Source of the DNA: an uncultured Chloroflexia bacterium
GTDB lineage: Bacteria > Chloroflexota > Limnocylindria > Limnocylindrales > CSP1-4
NCBI GenBank assembly: GCA_963817745.1
Contig: CAWFPC010000004.1
Span: 41,389-105,388, forward strand
Direction of reading: 5' to 3'
Length of the DNA stretch: 64,000 bases
Position numbers and translations under genes: made by a program. Of this stretch, positions 9,540-21,029 are shown piece by piece (position 1 is the first letter of the stretch; each line of letters opens with the position of its first letter). A model generated the notes under the pieces. That model worked only from the letters and a program-made list of their open reading frames with translations, had not been told where the DNA came from and made no database searches.

Positions 9540-10336
9540 GCCGGGAACGCAATCCGCTCCTGACCGCCTATGCCTACATCGTCTACGCGTTCCTGTTCGC
9601 GCCGATCGTCATCCTCGTCCTGTTCAGCTTCAACGACTCGCGGCGGACGTTCGTGTGGCGCGGCTTCACGACCGAGTGGTACGGCCGGCTGCTGGCCAAC
9701 GACGACCTGATCGATGCGCTGTGGATCACGCTGCGCATCGCCGTCGTGGCCGTCCTGATCTCGACGATCCTCGGGTCGTTGCTGGGGCTCGGCCTGGCGC
9801 GGCTGCGGTTCCGCGGTCGTGGAGCGACCGAGACGCTCCTGCTGCTCCCGATGGTCACGCCCGAGATCGTGATGGGTCTCTCGTTGCTGCTGTTCTTCCT
9901 GCAGCTGTTCGATGCGCGCGGCTCCTTCGCGCAGCTGTCCATCGCGCACATCACGTTCTGCGTGTCGTTCGTCGCGATCACGGTCCGTGCCAGGGCCGCG
10001 GGCATGAACCCGCAGCTGGAGGAGGCCGCCCGCGACCTGGGTGCGTCGGCGCTCGGAGCGTTCTGGCACGTGACCCTGCCGCTCATCGCGCCCGGCGTCA
10101 TCGCGGGCGCGCTGCTCGCGTTCTCGCTGAGCTTCGACGACTACGTCGTGTCGACCTTCAACGCGGGGATCGGCGACACGACGTTGCCGCTCTACATCTA
10201 CAGCGCGATCAAGTTCGGCGTCTCGCCGGAGATCAACGCGATCTCGACGATCATCGTGGCCATCACCGCCGTCGCGATCCTCGTCGCCTGGCGGGTGGGG
10301 CCGCTGCGCGGGGACGCCAAGGCCGCGACGGCGTAG
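9536..10336 (+). CDS. potC: polyamine-type ABC transporter permease
   Basis: Intact 266-aa ORF whose start overlaps the potB stop. EAA loop EEAARDLGASALGAFWHVTLPL. Confidence 0.9.
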   Translation: MSRERNPLLTAYAYIVYAFLFAPIVILVLFSFNDSRRTFVWRGFTTEWYGRLLANDDLIDALWITLRIAVVAVLISTILGSLLGLGLARLRFRGRGATETLLLLPMVTPEIVMGLSLLLFFLQLFDARGSFAQLSIAHITFCVSFVAITVRARAAGMNPQLEEAARDLGASALGAFWHVTLPLIAPGVIAGALLAFSLSFDDYVVSTFNAGIGDTTLPLYIYSAIKFGVSPEINAISTIIVAITAVAILVAWRVGPLRGDAKAATA

Positions 10337-10367
10337 AGGCCGGGCCTGACGGCCGGATCGCGCCCGA

Positions 10368-11668
10368 TCAGCGGGCGGTCGTCGCCTTGCTGCGTGCCGT
10401 CGCCCTCGCCCGGGGCGCCGCCACCGCTGACGCCGATGGACCGCCTCGTCCTTCGGCGGCGGCACGTCGTACCGGTCGCGCACCGTCCGACGTGACGAGA
10501 TCCCGTCGTTCGCGTAGCGGTCGACCACCATCAGGTCGAAGGCATGGACGCTGGGCTCCTGGTTGGAGTAGCGCCCGGCGGTCCACGACGACGACCGCGT
10601 CCCGCGTTGCTGGAGCTCGCAGACGTGCCAGTCCTGGCGGTTGGTGACGTCCCAGAACTCGAAGGCATCGGTCGCATCGAAACCGGGTGCTGCCACCGTC
10701 GCCGGATCGAACAGCCACTCACAGATCACCCGAGTCCGATCGACCGCGAGCGGCTCGAGCCGGTGGACGAGCAGGTAGTCGGGGTGGGTCGAGATGAACG
10801 TGGCCGGCCACAGCAGGTCGTAGCAGATGCGTCGCTCGTCGAGATCGGTCATGCCCGCGAGGGCCGGGCGGCCGCCACGGTGCCCACCGTCGAGGGCCAT
10901 CGTCTCGGCGTCGCCGACGAGCTCCATCCAGCCGCCCTGCCACGGCCCGCGCGTGTCGAAGTCGCCGCCGAGGTCGTATGGCGTGAGCCGATTGAGCTGC
11001 GGGTGCAGCACCTGGGCAGTGGTAGCACTCGCTGTAGTTCTCGGCGATGAACTTCCAGTTCGCCGCGACGTCGTAGACCATCCGCTGGCGCCGTCACGAG
11101 CCCGCGCAGGTCGAACCGCTCGAAGTGCTCGACGACGTCGTCGAGCCAGTCGACGCAGGGGCAGCGGCGTCGTCATCGAAGGATGAGGAAGAGGAACCCC
11201 TGCCAGGCCTCGAGCCGGAGCGGACGCAGCGAGTACTGCTCGAAGCTGAACTCCTCGAGGTCCTCGGTGTGCTTGGCCCGGATCAGCGTCCCGTCGAGGT
11301 CGTAGATCCAGGCGTGGTACGGGCACTGGAAACGGACGGCCTTGCCCCCGGCTCCTCGCAGACGGCGGTGCCGCGGTGCCGGCAGACGTTGTAGAACGCG
11401 CGCACGACATCGTCGCGGCCGCGCACGAGGATGACGTCCTCGCCCTGGATCTCGGCGAGCTTGTACGACCCGGGTTCGGGCGACCTCCGCCGCGCGGCCG
11501 ACGCAGAGCCAGTCGCGCCGGAAGATGTGCTCGCGCTCCCAGTCGAAGACGGCCGGGTCCTGGTAGGCCCGCTCGTGGCAGCAACGAGGCGGCGCGATAT
11601 GGGCGACGGACGGAGGCGATCTCGGCGGCCGTGAGCGGGAACGGGGCGAAGCGACGGCACGGGGTCAC
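10368..11668 (-). pseudogene. Rieske-type (ring-hydroxylating/GbcA-BmoA-like) oxygenase alpha subunit; at least 5 frame switches
   Basis: Pieces lie in three frames. The Rieske domain is YNVCRHRGTAVCEEPG followed by FQCPYHAWIYDLDG. NWKFIAENYSECYHCP is in ORF 10719..11081. The catalytic domain LHPQLNRLTPYDLGG...THPDYLLVHRLEP...WDVTNRQDWHVCE is in ORF 9248..11668. The C-terminal stop at 10368 is chosen from third-position GC. Confidence 0.75.
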
Positions 11669-11689
11669 GCGGCCGGTCTCCGGCGAGGG

Positions 11690-12867
11690 TCACGACTTGG
11701 GACGTGCTTCTTCGGGTCGATGAACGGGATGCTCGCCGTCCGTCGCCGACCAGCAGGCCGCCGTCGGGCGCCTCGATCTCGAGCGGCGTCCCGGCGTCGG
11801 CCAGGCCGATCGGCAGCCAGACGTAGCCGATGTTGCGTCTCGAGCCGCGGCGACCAGATGAGGTCGGTGACCGTGCCGACGGGCGACCCGTCGTGGAGCG
11901 CGGCGCACTTGCGCGACAGCTCGAACGGGAGGGCGTCGCCGTCGACCTCGATGCCGACGAGCTTGCGGTCGACCCCGCGCGCGCGGATCTCCTCGAGCGC
12001 GGCCTTGCCGATGTAGTCGGCGTCCTGGGGCTCGACGAGGCGTTCGAGGCCCATGACCTGGAACGGGTTGTCGTTGATCGTGATGTCCGAGCCGTAGTTG
12101 AAGATGCCGGCCTCGATGCGGCGCGCCTCGCACGGCGCGATCGGGCGGATGCCGTGCGGTGCCCCGGCGGCCATGATCCGGTCCCACAGCTCGGCGCCGC
12201 GCGACGGGTCGCGCAGGTAGATCTCGTAGCCGACCTCGCCGGTCCAGCCGGTCCGGCTGATGACGACCGGGATGCCGTCGACCTCGGTCTGGAGCGTCCA
12301 GTAGTACTTGATGTCGAGGATGGCCGGCGCCGAACAGGCTGACCAGCGTGTCGTTCGACTTGGGTCCCTGGACCTGGACCGGGTAGACCTCCGGCTCGCG
12401 GACCTTGACGTCCATCCCGCTGTGGATCGCCACGCCACGCGCCCACAGGCCGGCGTCGCTGTCGGCGAGGGCCAGCCACCAGCGATCGTCCTCGACGCGC
12501 AGCAGGACCGGGTCGTTGACGATGCCGCCGTCCTCGGCGGTGATGAGCATGTACTTGCCCTGGCCCGACGGCGCATTTGGTCAGGTCGCGGCAGGTCAGC
12601 GTGTTCATGAACTCGGACGCATCCGGGCCCGGTGATCTCGACGATGCGCTCGACGGAGACGTCCCACAGCGTGACGCCGTTGAGCAGCGCCCAGTACTCC
12701 TCGACCGGGTCCGCGTAGAAGCCCGGCAGGTACATGTGGTTGTAGATGTCGTAGGCGCTGCAGCCCGCCTCGAGGGTCTTCTCGAAGAACGGCGAGCGCC
12801 GGTACCACGGCCCGAAGTAGAGGGTCGACGACTCGGTCGTCGCCGGCGTCGCGGGCGGCGTGGCCAT
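11690..12867 (-). pseudogene. GcvT/DmdA-family aminomethyltransferase (THF-dependent demethylase-like); several frame switches
   Basis: The ATG at 12867 is preceded by GGAGGA. Pieces are LYFGPWYRRSPFFEKT...LWDVSVERIVEITGP, FMNTLTCRDLTKCAVG, MLITAEDGGIVNDPVLL, ISRTGWTGEVGYEIYL, CEARRIEAGIFNYGSD and NIGYVWLP...IPFIDPKKHVP, spread over three frames. Confidence 0.75.
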
Positions 12868-13168
12868 GGCGACGGGTCCTCCGAGGCGATCGGGCGCAGG
12901 GTCAGGCGTCCCGATCGTCCGGCATGGGAATCCTATTGCCTCTCGTGTCTCGCCTGATGCTCCCCCGGTTCCATCCCGCGGGACGAGCTGAGCACGCGTC
13001 AGGCGGTCATCGAGCCTCCGCGGCCCGGACCGGCGATTCCGGCCCGGACATGGATGATGCCCGGCAGCGGACGGTCCGTCATCGGGCATCAGGCCGATAT
13101 CCCCCGGAAATAAGGCCGTCGCGGAAGCCTAGCGGCGACGTCGATGCCCGGCGCAAGAGGCGATCGGG

Positions 13169-14880
13169 TCAGTCGAGCTGACCTGCTCGTGCCAGTGCGG
13201 GACGTGCGTCGCGAACCCGAGCTCCTGGACCTTCGGCTCCAGGGCGACCTGCGCGTCGGGATCGCCGTGCACGAGGAAGATCCGGCGCGGATAGCCGGGA
13301 TCGCCGGGTCGGCTTGCCCGTCGCCGAAGCCGCGACAGCCAGTCGAGCAGCTCGGTCTCGTCGGCGTGCGCCGAGAAGCCGCTGATCGAGCGGACCTGGC
13401 AGCGGACCGCGCGGATCTGCCCGTCGAGCTTCGACCTCCTTCGCCCCGGCCTGCAGGTGCGACCCGAGCGTCCCCTCGCCCTGGTAGCCGACGAACAGGA
13501 TGGTCGCGGCCGGGTCGTCGATGAGGTGGCGCAGGTGGCCGACGACGCGCCCGCCGGTGAGCATCCCGTTGGAGGCCACGATCATGTACGGCCGCGGCGC
13601 CCGCTCGATCGCCTGCGACGCCTTGATGTCGTTGGTGACGATCTGGTTCGGGTAGTCGAGCGGCGTGTCGCCCTCGCGCAGCAGCCGGGCGGTCTCCTCG
13701 TCGTAGTACTCCGGATGGTGGCGATAGATGTCGGACGCCTTGGACGCCATCGGCGAATCGAGGTACAGGGGCAGCAGCGGGATCTCGCCGCGCTCGATGA
13801 GCCGATCCAGCTCCCAGACGACCTCCTGCGTCCGGCCGATCGCGAACGACGGCACGAGCAGGACGCCCTTGGCCTCGTCGACCATGCGGATGGTCTCGGC
13901 GAGGATCCGGATGGCCTCGTCCTGGGGCTCGTGTTCGCGGCCGCCGTACGTCGACTCGACGAGGACGTAGTCCGCGGCGGTCATGATCGTCGGGTCGCGC
14001 AGGATCGGCGTGCCGGGCCGGCCGAGGTCGCCGGAGCAGACGATGACCCGCTCCTCGCCGCCGTCGGTCTCCTGGACCCGCAGCCGGATGATCGCCGAGC
14101 CGAGGATGTGCCCGGCGTCGACGAACGTCGCCCAGCACGCCGGGCGCGACCTCGCGCTCCTCGTCGTAGTCGATCGGCGCGGAAGTGGGCGAGGCCCGCT
14201 CGGCGTCCTTGACCGTGTACAGCGGCGCGTCGAGGTCGACGTCGAGCGTGGGCGGCTGCGCGCGCAGCTCCGCCTCGGGGTCGCCGCGGCCAGGACGACG
14301 CCGGCCGGGACTGGGACGGGCTCCACCGTCGTCGCGACGTGCTCCTGGATCGCGGACGCGACGACCGGCTCATCCTCGGTCTCGACCGCCGCCTCCTCGG
14401 AGCCACCGGAGGCCGCCAGGTCGACGGCCGCCTGGTAGGCCTCCGCTTCCTTGCGGTCGTCGGCCTCGACCTCGTCGGGGTGGCGCTTCTCCCAGCGCGC
14501 CTCGCGCTTGGCGAACTCCTCGTGGAGGTGCCCCGAGTCGAGGAGCACGAGCGTCGCCAGCTCGACCGTCCCGGCCGTCGCGTGGATCGGCCCGTCGAAG
14601 CCCGCCTTCACGAGCAACGGCAGCAGCCCGCAATGGTCGAGGTGGGCGTGGGTCAGGACGACCGCATCGAGCGGTCGCGGCATCGAACCCGAACGGGATC
14701 CGGTTGCGGACCGCCTCGTTCGGGCTGCCCTGGAACATGCCGCAGTCGATGAGGACGCGGGCCCGCTCCGTGGTCGAGCAGGAACTGGGAGCCGGTGACG
14801 GTCGTGGCGCCACCGAGGAAGTGGATTGCATGTCCGCATGGTGACAGGACGAGGAGCGCGGAGGGTATCGTCGCGGCCAT
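13169..14880 (-). pseudogene. MBL-fold beta-CASP hydrolase (RNA-specificity-domain family); several frame switches
   Basis: IHFLGGATTVTGSQFLL, RVLIDCGMFQG and VVLTHAHLDHCG lie in three different frames at the 5' end. The core ESTYGGREH...FAIGRTQE...LDSPMA...ASNGMLTGGR...VGYQ is in ORF 13169..14950. The 3' end (SGFSAHAD-type region, ...VHGDPDAQ...) is again shifted. The start could be ATG 14831 or 14880. Confidence 0.75.
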
Positions 14881-14952
14881 GCCGGATGACAGTCGCCTCG
14901 CGGACCCGCCGGGCGACGCGTCGCGCCGGGACGTCCCAGCCTGCGCGCACGG

Positions 14953-15605
14953 ATGGACCTTCGGGCCGCCCTGCCGCGACTGCCCAAGCTCATCGTCGGG
15001 CTGCTGGCATTCGGCCTCGGGATCGCGCTCATGGTCGAGGCCGGCCTCGGCCTCGGGCCGTGGGAGGCGCTGAACCAGGGCCTCGCCCGTCAGCTCGGGC
15101 TGGAGATCGGCACGGTGAGCGTCCTGCTCGGGATCCCGATCCTCGCGTTGTGGTGGCCGCTCGGCGAGCGGCCCGGGATCGGCACCGTCCTGAACGTCGT
15201 GCTGATCGGCACCTCGACGAACCTGTTCCTGCTCCTCCTGCCGACGCCCGCCCAGGACGCCGAGGCCGCTGCGCCTCGCCACGATGCTCGCGCGGCGTGG
15301 TCACGATCGCGATCGGCAGCGGCATCTACCTCTCCACCGACCTCGGGCCGGGGCCGCGCGACGGGCTCATGACCGGCGTCCACCACCGCTTCGGCTGGTC
15401 GATCCGCCGGTCGCGGACCGTCATCGAGCTCACCGTGCTCGCGATCGGCTGGGCGCTGGGCGGGACGGTCGGGCTCGGGACGGTCGTGTTCGCCCTCGGG
15501 ATCGGGCCGCTGGTCCAGGTCGCGCTCCGCGTGTTCGATCGCGAGGGGCGGATGGGTGCCCGCCGACGGGCGCGGATCGAGGCGCAGGGCGTCGTCGGCG
15601 AGTAG
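14953..15605 (+). pseudogene. YczE/YitT-like integral membrane protein; two frame switches about 25 nt apart (~15270 and ~15293)
   Basis: The N-terminal half is in ORF 14953..15372 (LIVGLLAFGLGIALMVEAGLGLGPWEAL). The C-terminal half is in ORF 14826..15605 (VVTIAIGSGIYLSTDLGPGPRDGLMTG...). The bridging peptide LRLATMLA is in the third frame. Confidence 0.6.
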
Positions 15606-15666
15606 CCCGAGCGCCCGCGCCGGCCGGGCAACCCAGGTCCAGGCGCCGCCCGGTCCGGAGCGACCG

Positions 15667-16555
<889 letters not shown>

Positions 16556-17538
16556 CGAGTCGCCACGCGTCCGCTGCGCCGTACCGGCCTCGAGGTCCGT
16601 GGCCGGACCGCCGCCGATCCGATCGGCGCCCGTCGCGGGCACCGACGCCGCGGCCACCCGGGCCGTGTAGTAGCTCGTCACGACGAGGCCCGCGAGCATC
16701 GTCCAGATGATCGCGCCGAGCGCCAGGTGGAGCGTCTGGGTCCAACCCGCGAGCTGGGTCAGGACCTGCAGCCCGCCGACGATCGACCTGGATCGCGAAG
16801 AGGAGCGCCGCGCCCACGGCCAGCCGGACGATCGTCGGCCGGTCGCGCTGGGTCCGCCACGCCACGATCGCGACGACCGCGACGACGAGGCCGACCAGCG
16901 CCGCGACCCAGCGGTGGAGGACATGCGCGGCCGTCAGCTCGGTGAGGGCCGGGAGGAGGGTCCCGCCCATCAACGGCCAGTCCGGGAAGATCAGCGCGGA
17001 ATCCGACGCGGTGACCTGCGACCCGAAGAGCAGCAGCGCGAACGTGGTCGCCGCCGCGAATGCCGCGAGCAGCGTGAACCGCTGGCTGCCGCCGCGGACC
17101 GGGAGGTGGGCCGGGAAACCGGCACGCACGGTCAGGTAGACGAGCAGCCCGACGAGCAGGAGCGCCGCCGCGAGATGCGCGGTGACCGACTCCCCGCTGT
17201 TGCCGAGGCGGACCGTCTCGCGACCGAGCCACGCCTGGAAGCCGACCAGGCCGACCGCCGCGAGCGAGGGCCAGACGATCGTCGGCCGGTCGCGATGACG
17301 CAGCAACGCGAGCCCGGCCAGCGCCAGGATCTCGATGCCGATGATCGCCGCGACCGTGCGGTGGGTCCACTCGATCCACGCCTTCGGGTCGTCGAGCGGC
17401 GGGAGCAGCTGGCCGTGGCAGAGCGGCCAGTCCGGGCAGCCCAGCCCCGAAATCGGTGGCCCGCACGACCACCCCGATGGTGATCAGCAGGATGGCCGTC
17501 CCCAGGGTGAGCGCGGCGAGTCGCTGGAAGCGGGTCAA
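16556..17538 (-). pseudogene. ctaA: heme A synthase (COX15/CtaA) portion; at least 2 frame switches and no stop before the ctaB part
   Basis: MTRFQRLAALTLGTAILLITIGVVVRAT (ORF 16759..17538), RDRPTIVWPSL...HLAAALLLVG...HVLHRWVAALVG (ORF 16413..17306) and GGLQVLTQLAGWTQTLHLALGAIIW (ORF 15326..16924). The last of these runs on in frame, with high third-position GC, into ctaB. Confidence 0.75.
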
Positions 17539-17655
17539 CGGGTCTCCTGGGGCGTGGCGATCGACGGCGGTCGGGGGACGGTTCGCGCGGTCGGACGGTC
17601 GGTGCGCATTCTACCGCGACGGCGCCCGAAAGCGGCCTCGGCTACCCTGTCGGGC

Positions 17656-18645
17656 ATGACCCCTCGACCCCTGCTGGCGACGATGGTCGCCCTGCTCCTG
17701 GTGACGGCCGCGTGCGGCCCCGGCGGCGCACGACGGATCCCCGTCCGCGTCCGGCGCCGCCTGCGCGACGACCACGACCCCGGACAACGCGTCGATCGAA
17801 GGCCTGGACCGCCCCCCAGTCGCCATCGATCTACCCGACGCTGATCCTGCCTGGCTCGCTGCAGTGCGGCCCGTCGCGGTTCGTCTTCTCGTTCCTCGAC
17901 GCGAACAACCTCCCGGTGGCCTCGCCGGACCGGACCGTGTCCGTCGCGCTGTACGACCTCGGCAAGGACCCCGAGACGCCGGTGACGACCGCGGATGCGC
18001 AGTTCATCTGGGCCATCGAGGGAACGACCGGGATCTATGCCGCGAACGTCGACTTCCCGACGGTCGGGCTGTACGGGGCCGAGTTCGTGACCGAGGCGCC
18101 GGGCGCGCCGAGCGAGACGATCCGCCTCACGTTCGACCTGCAGCCGGACGCGACGGTCGTGTCGGTCGGCGATGCGGCGCCACGGTCCGACACGCCGACC
18201 CTCGCCGATGTCGGCGGCGACGTGACGAAGATCTCGACCGACGCGACGCCCGTCACGGCGTTCTACGAGACCTCGGTCGCGGACGCGATCGACGCGGGCG
18301 AGCCGTTCGTGCTCGTGTTCGCGACGCCCAAGTTCTGCGCGACGAAGCAGTGCGGCCCGACGCTGGAACGGGTCAAGCCGATCGCCGCCGCGCACCCGGA
18401 CATGACGTTCATCAACGTCGAGCCATACCAGCTCGAATTGATCGATGGCCAGCTCCAGCCCGTGCTCAGCGGCGACCCGCCAGGACTCACCCCGACCGAC
18501 GACGACGAACGAATGGGGCCTGCTCGGCGAGCCGTGGGTCTTCGTCGTCGATGGCGACGGGATCGTCCAGTCGTCGCTGCTCCTGATGTTCAGCGACGAG
18601 GAGCTCGAAGCCGCCATCGCCCAGGTCGAGGGCACCGGCAGCTAG
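17656..18645 (+). pseudogene. secreted thioredoxin-fold (TlpA/redoxin-like) lipoprotein; at least 3 frame switches
   Basis: Lipoprotein signal MTPRPLLATMVALLLVTAAC. The core is in ORF 17712..18827 (FVFSFLDANN...EPFVLVFATPKFCATKQCGPTLERVKP). The C-terminus NEWGLLGEPWVFVVDGDGIV is in ORF 18445..18645. The gene is divergent from ctaAB, so a role in oxidase maturation is plausible. Confidence 0.6.
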
Positions 18646-18648
18646 CCG

Positions 18649-19011
18649 TCACGGCGCGTCGCGGACGACGATCGCGTACCGCGTCCCCGCCTCGTCCCGG
18701 TACCAGACCCACACCGGCTGCGCGGTCGCCTGGTGCTCGGCGAGGTGGCCCGGCGGGAACTCCGGGCCGTTCTCGAGCCGGCTCAGGTCGAACTCGACGA
18801 GCGAGCCGTCGCCGGTCCGGAGGGTGAACCCGCGGACGTCGGCAAGTCCGCCGGTGTCGATCGCGACGACCACGCCGACGGCGGCGACCGTGCCCGAGGG
18901 CGCATCGGGATCGTCGGGTGTCGATCCGCCGAGGAGCAGGGCGGCCCCGCCCGCGACCGCGATCACGATGACCAGCGCGGCAAGGAACAGGTTCCTGGTG
19001 CGAGGGTCCAC
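18649..19011 (-). CDS. hypothetical membrane-anchored protein
   Basis: This is the tail of ORF 18649..20538 from GTG 19011. It has one N-terminal TM segment (LFLAALVIVIAVAGGAALLLGG) followed by a ~90-aa soluble domain. High third-position GC. Confidence 0.5.
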   Translation of the reverse strand: MDPRTRNLFLAALVIVIAVAGGAALLLGGSTPDDPDAPSGTVAAVGVVVAIDTGGLADVRGFTLRTGDGSLVEFDLSRLENGPEFPPGHLAEHQATAQPVWVWYRDEAGTRYAIVVRDAP

Positions 19012-19039
19012 CGTCAGCCCGCGGGTGTCGCGGACTCCG

Positions 19040-19791
19040 TCACGGTCGCGGGTCCGTCGCCACCGGTCCGGTTCCGGTGCTCCCCGGCGCGTACAGCGGC
19101 GTGCCGTCGGCGCATCGCGGGCACGTCTCTGGCGCCCGGCTCGTAGGTGGGGAGGTCCAGCTGCCACAACGCTCGAAGCGGATAGACCCGACCGGTCGTC
19201 GGCGACGTGAGCGTCTCGCGGCCACCGCTGCGGTCGACCATGACCGCGCATTCGACGATCTCGCCACCGAGTGCCTCGACGGCCGGGATCATCGCCAGCA
19301 GCGACCCGCCCGTGGTGAGGATGTCGTCGACGAGCAGGACGCGTTCGCCGGGCTCGATCCGGAAGCCGCGCCGGAACTCGCGTCGCGTGGTGCCATCGTC
19401 GGCGCGGACCTCCTCGGCGAAGATGCTGCGCACGCCGAGCTGCCGGCCGGTCTCGAACGCCAGGATGATGCCGCCGGTCGTCGGTCCGGCGACGAGGTCG
19501 ACGAGGGACGTGGTAGCGCGGCTCCGGGCCGTCGGCGTCGCCGCCGTCCACGGCGTCGGCATCCACGCTGCCTCCGCCGCCGACGTGCGTCGCGAAGAAC
19601 CCGCACAGCTCGCTCGTGGCGGCCGGGTCGGACAGGACCGCGAACTTCTCGACGTAGGCGTCCCCGTGGCGCCCGCTCTTGAGCAGGAAGTGGCCCTCGC
19701 GGAACGCGCCCGACGCCCGGAAGATCGCCTCCGTCCGGTTGGCGATGAGCGCGCGGGCGGCGAGATCCAGGGTCGGCTTGATGGTCGTCAC
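19040..19791 (-). pseudogene. pyrE: orotate phosphoribosyltransferase; at least 2 frame switches
   Basis: N-terminus GHFLLKSGRHGDAYVEKF (ORF 18649..20538 frame). PRPP motif VLLVDDILTTGGS (ORF 19014..19562). C-terminus CPRCADGTPLYAPGS (ORF 19040..19267). Confidence 0.8.
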
Positions 19792-19844
19792 GCTGCCAAT
19801 GCTAGCGGGTCGGCCGGTCACGACCTCCGCGACGCGCGAGGCGG

Positions 19845-21008
19845 TCAGGGCCGGTATTCGACGCCCTTGGCCGACGGCGCAGCCGCCCGGGTCGGCAACG
19901 CCGTCCCGATCAGGTCGCGATGCGTCGTCACGCCCGTGCGGCGGCATTCGGCCGCGAGCTCGTCGACGAGCCGGACCGGCAGGGTCGGGTCGGCGAAGAT
20001 CGCAGTGCCCACCTGGACGGCGACCGCACCGACCGCCAGGAAGTCGAGCACGTCCGCCAGCTCGGTGACACCGCCGATCGCGACGACCGGGATCGTCACC
20101 GCCTGCGCGGCCTCGTAGACCACCCGCAGGGCGACGGGTTTCACGGCCGGGCCGGACAACCCGCCGTAGACGTTGCCGAGCAGCGGCTTGCGACGACCCG
20201 GCGCGACGGCGATCCCCGAGAGCGTGTTGATCGCGGTGAGCGCATCGGCGCCGGCATCGGCGATGGCCCGTGCGATGGGCCGGATGTCGGCGACGTTCGG
20301 CGACAGCTTGACGAGGAGCGGCAGGTCGGTCGCCCGGCGGACCGCCGCCGTGACCTCGCCCGCGGCACCCGCGTCGATGGCGAACTGCAGCCCGCCTCGC
20401 CCGACGTTCGGGCACGAGATGTTGAGCTCGATCCCCGCGACGCCCGGCACGCCCTCGAGCCGCCGCGTGACCTCGACGTAGTCGGCGACCGATTCGCCCG
20501 CCACGTTGACGATGACCGGGACCCGCCAGGACGCCCACGTCGCGGCGTACTTCTCGATCACCGCGTCGACACCCGGGTTCTGCAGCCCGATCGAGTTCAG
20601 CATCCCGCCCGGTGTCTCGGTCACGCGGGGCGTCGGATTGCCGATGCGTGCCTTGAGTGTCGTCCCCTTGCAGCAGATCGCACCGAGCCGGTCGACGTCG
20701 ACGACGTCCCCGTACTCGATGCCGTACCCGAACGTCCCCGAGGCGACCATGATCGGGTTCGGCAGGACGAGCCCGCGACCAAGGTCGACCGTCAGGTCGA
20801 CGGCGACGGCGTCCGCCACGACCGTCGGCGCGACGGCCGGCCGCGCCCGACCGTTCCCGGCACCCGCGGCGCCGGTCCCGGCACCCGCGGCGACCGCCGC
20901 GCCCGACCCGTGGCCGGGGATCGGCCCCGGGGGTCGTTTCGCGGCGGTCGGGTACTTCTGGCCGGCGATCCGGGGCGACGACGTCACCGCCCGGCGCTTG
21001 GCCTTCAC
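19845..21008 (-). CDS. pyrD: dihydroorotate dehydrogenase, class 1B catalytic subunit, with a ~70-aa Gly/Ala/Pro-rich N-terminal extension
   Basis: LPNPIMVASGTFGYG...NSIGLQNPG...ELNISCPN...KLSPN...GGLSGPAVKP...IGGV. The extension has high third-position GC, so it is probably translated. Confidence 0.9.
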   Translation of the reverse strand: MKAKRRAVTSSPRIAGQKYPTAAKRPPGPIPGHGSGAAVAAGAGTGAAGAGNGRARPAVAPTVVADAVAVDLTVDLGRGLVLPNPIMVASGTFGYGIEYGDVVDVDRLGAICCKGTTLKARIGNPTPRVTETPGGMLNSIGLQNPGVDAVIEKYAATWASWRVPVIVNVAGESVADYVEVTRRLEGVPGVAGIELNISCPNVGRGGLQFAIDAGAAGEVTAAVRRATDLPLLVKLSPNVADIRPIARAIADAGADALTAINTLSGIAVAPGRRKPLLGNVYGGLSGPAVKPVALRVVYEAAQAVTIPVVAIGGVTELADVLDFLAVGAVAVQVGTAIFADPTLPVRLVDELAAECRRTGVTTHRDLIGTALPTRAAAPSAKGVEYRP

Positions 21009-21029
21009 GAGGCGTCCGTCATCGAGCGG

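Noticed and set aside
12868-13168. A glycine riboswitch (or ZTP, THF or ykkC-type riboswitch) upstream of the GcvT-like gene.
   Set aside because: I looked on the minus strand for the conserved cores: GGAGAG...ACCGAAGGGGCAA...CUCAGGCAAAAGGAC for glycine, GGGUCGUGACUGGCG...CCGCCUGGGCA for ZTP, and CUAGGGUUCCG...GGUCCGAGAG...GGGA for ykkC. Only short, wrongly ordered resemblances exist (ACCGGGGGAGCA, CUAGGCUUCCG). It is kept only as an unclassified structured leader.
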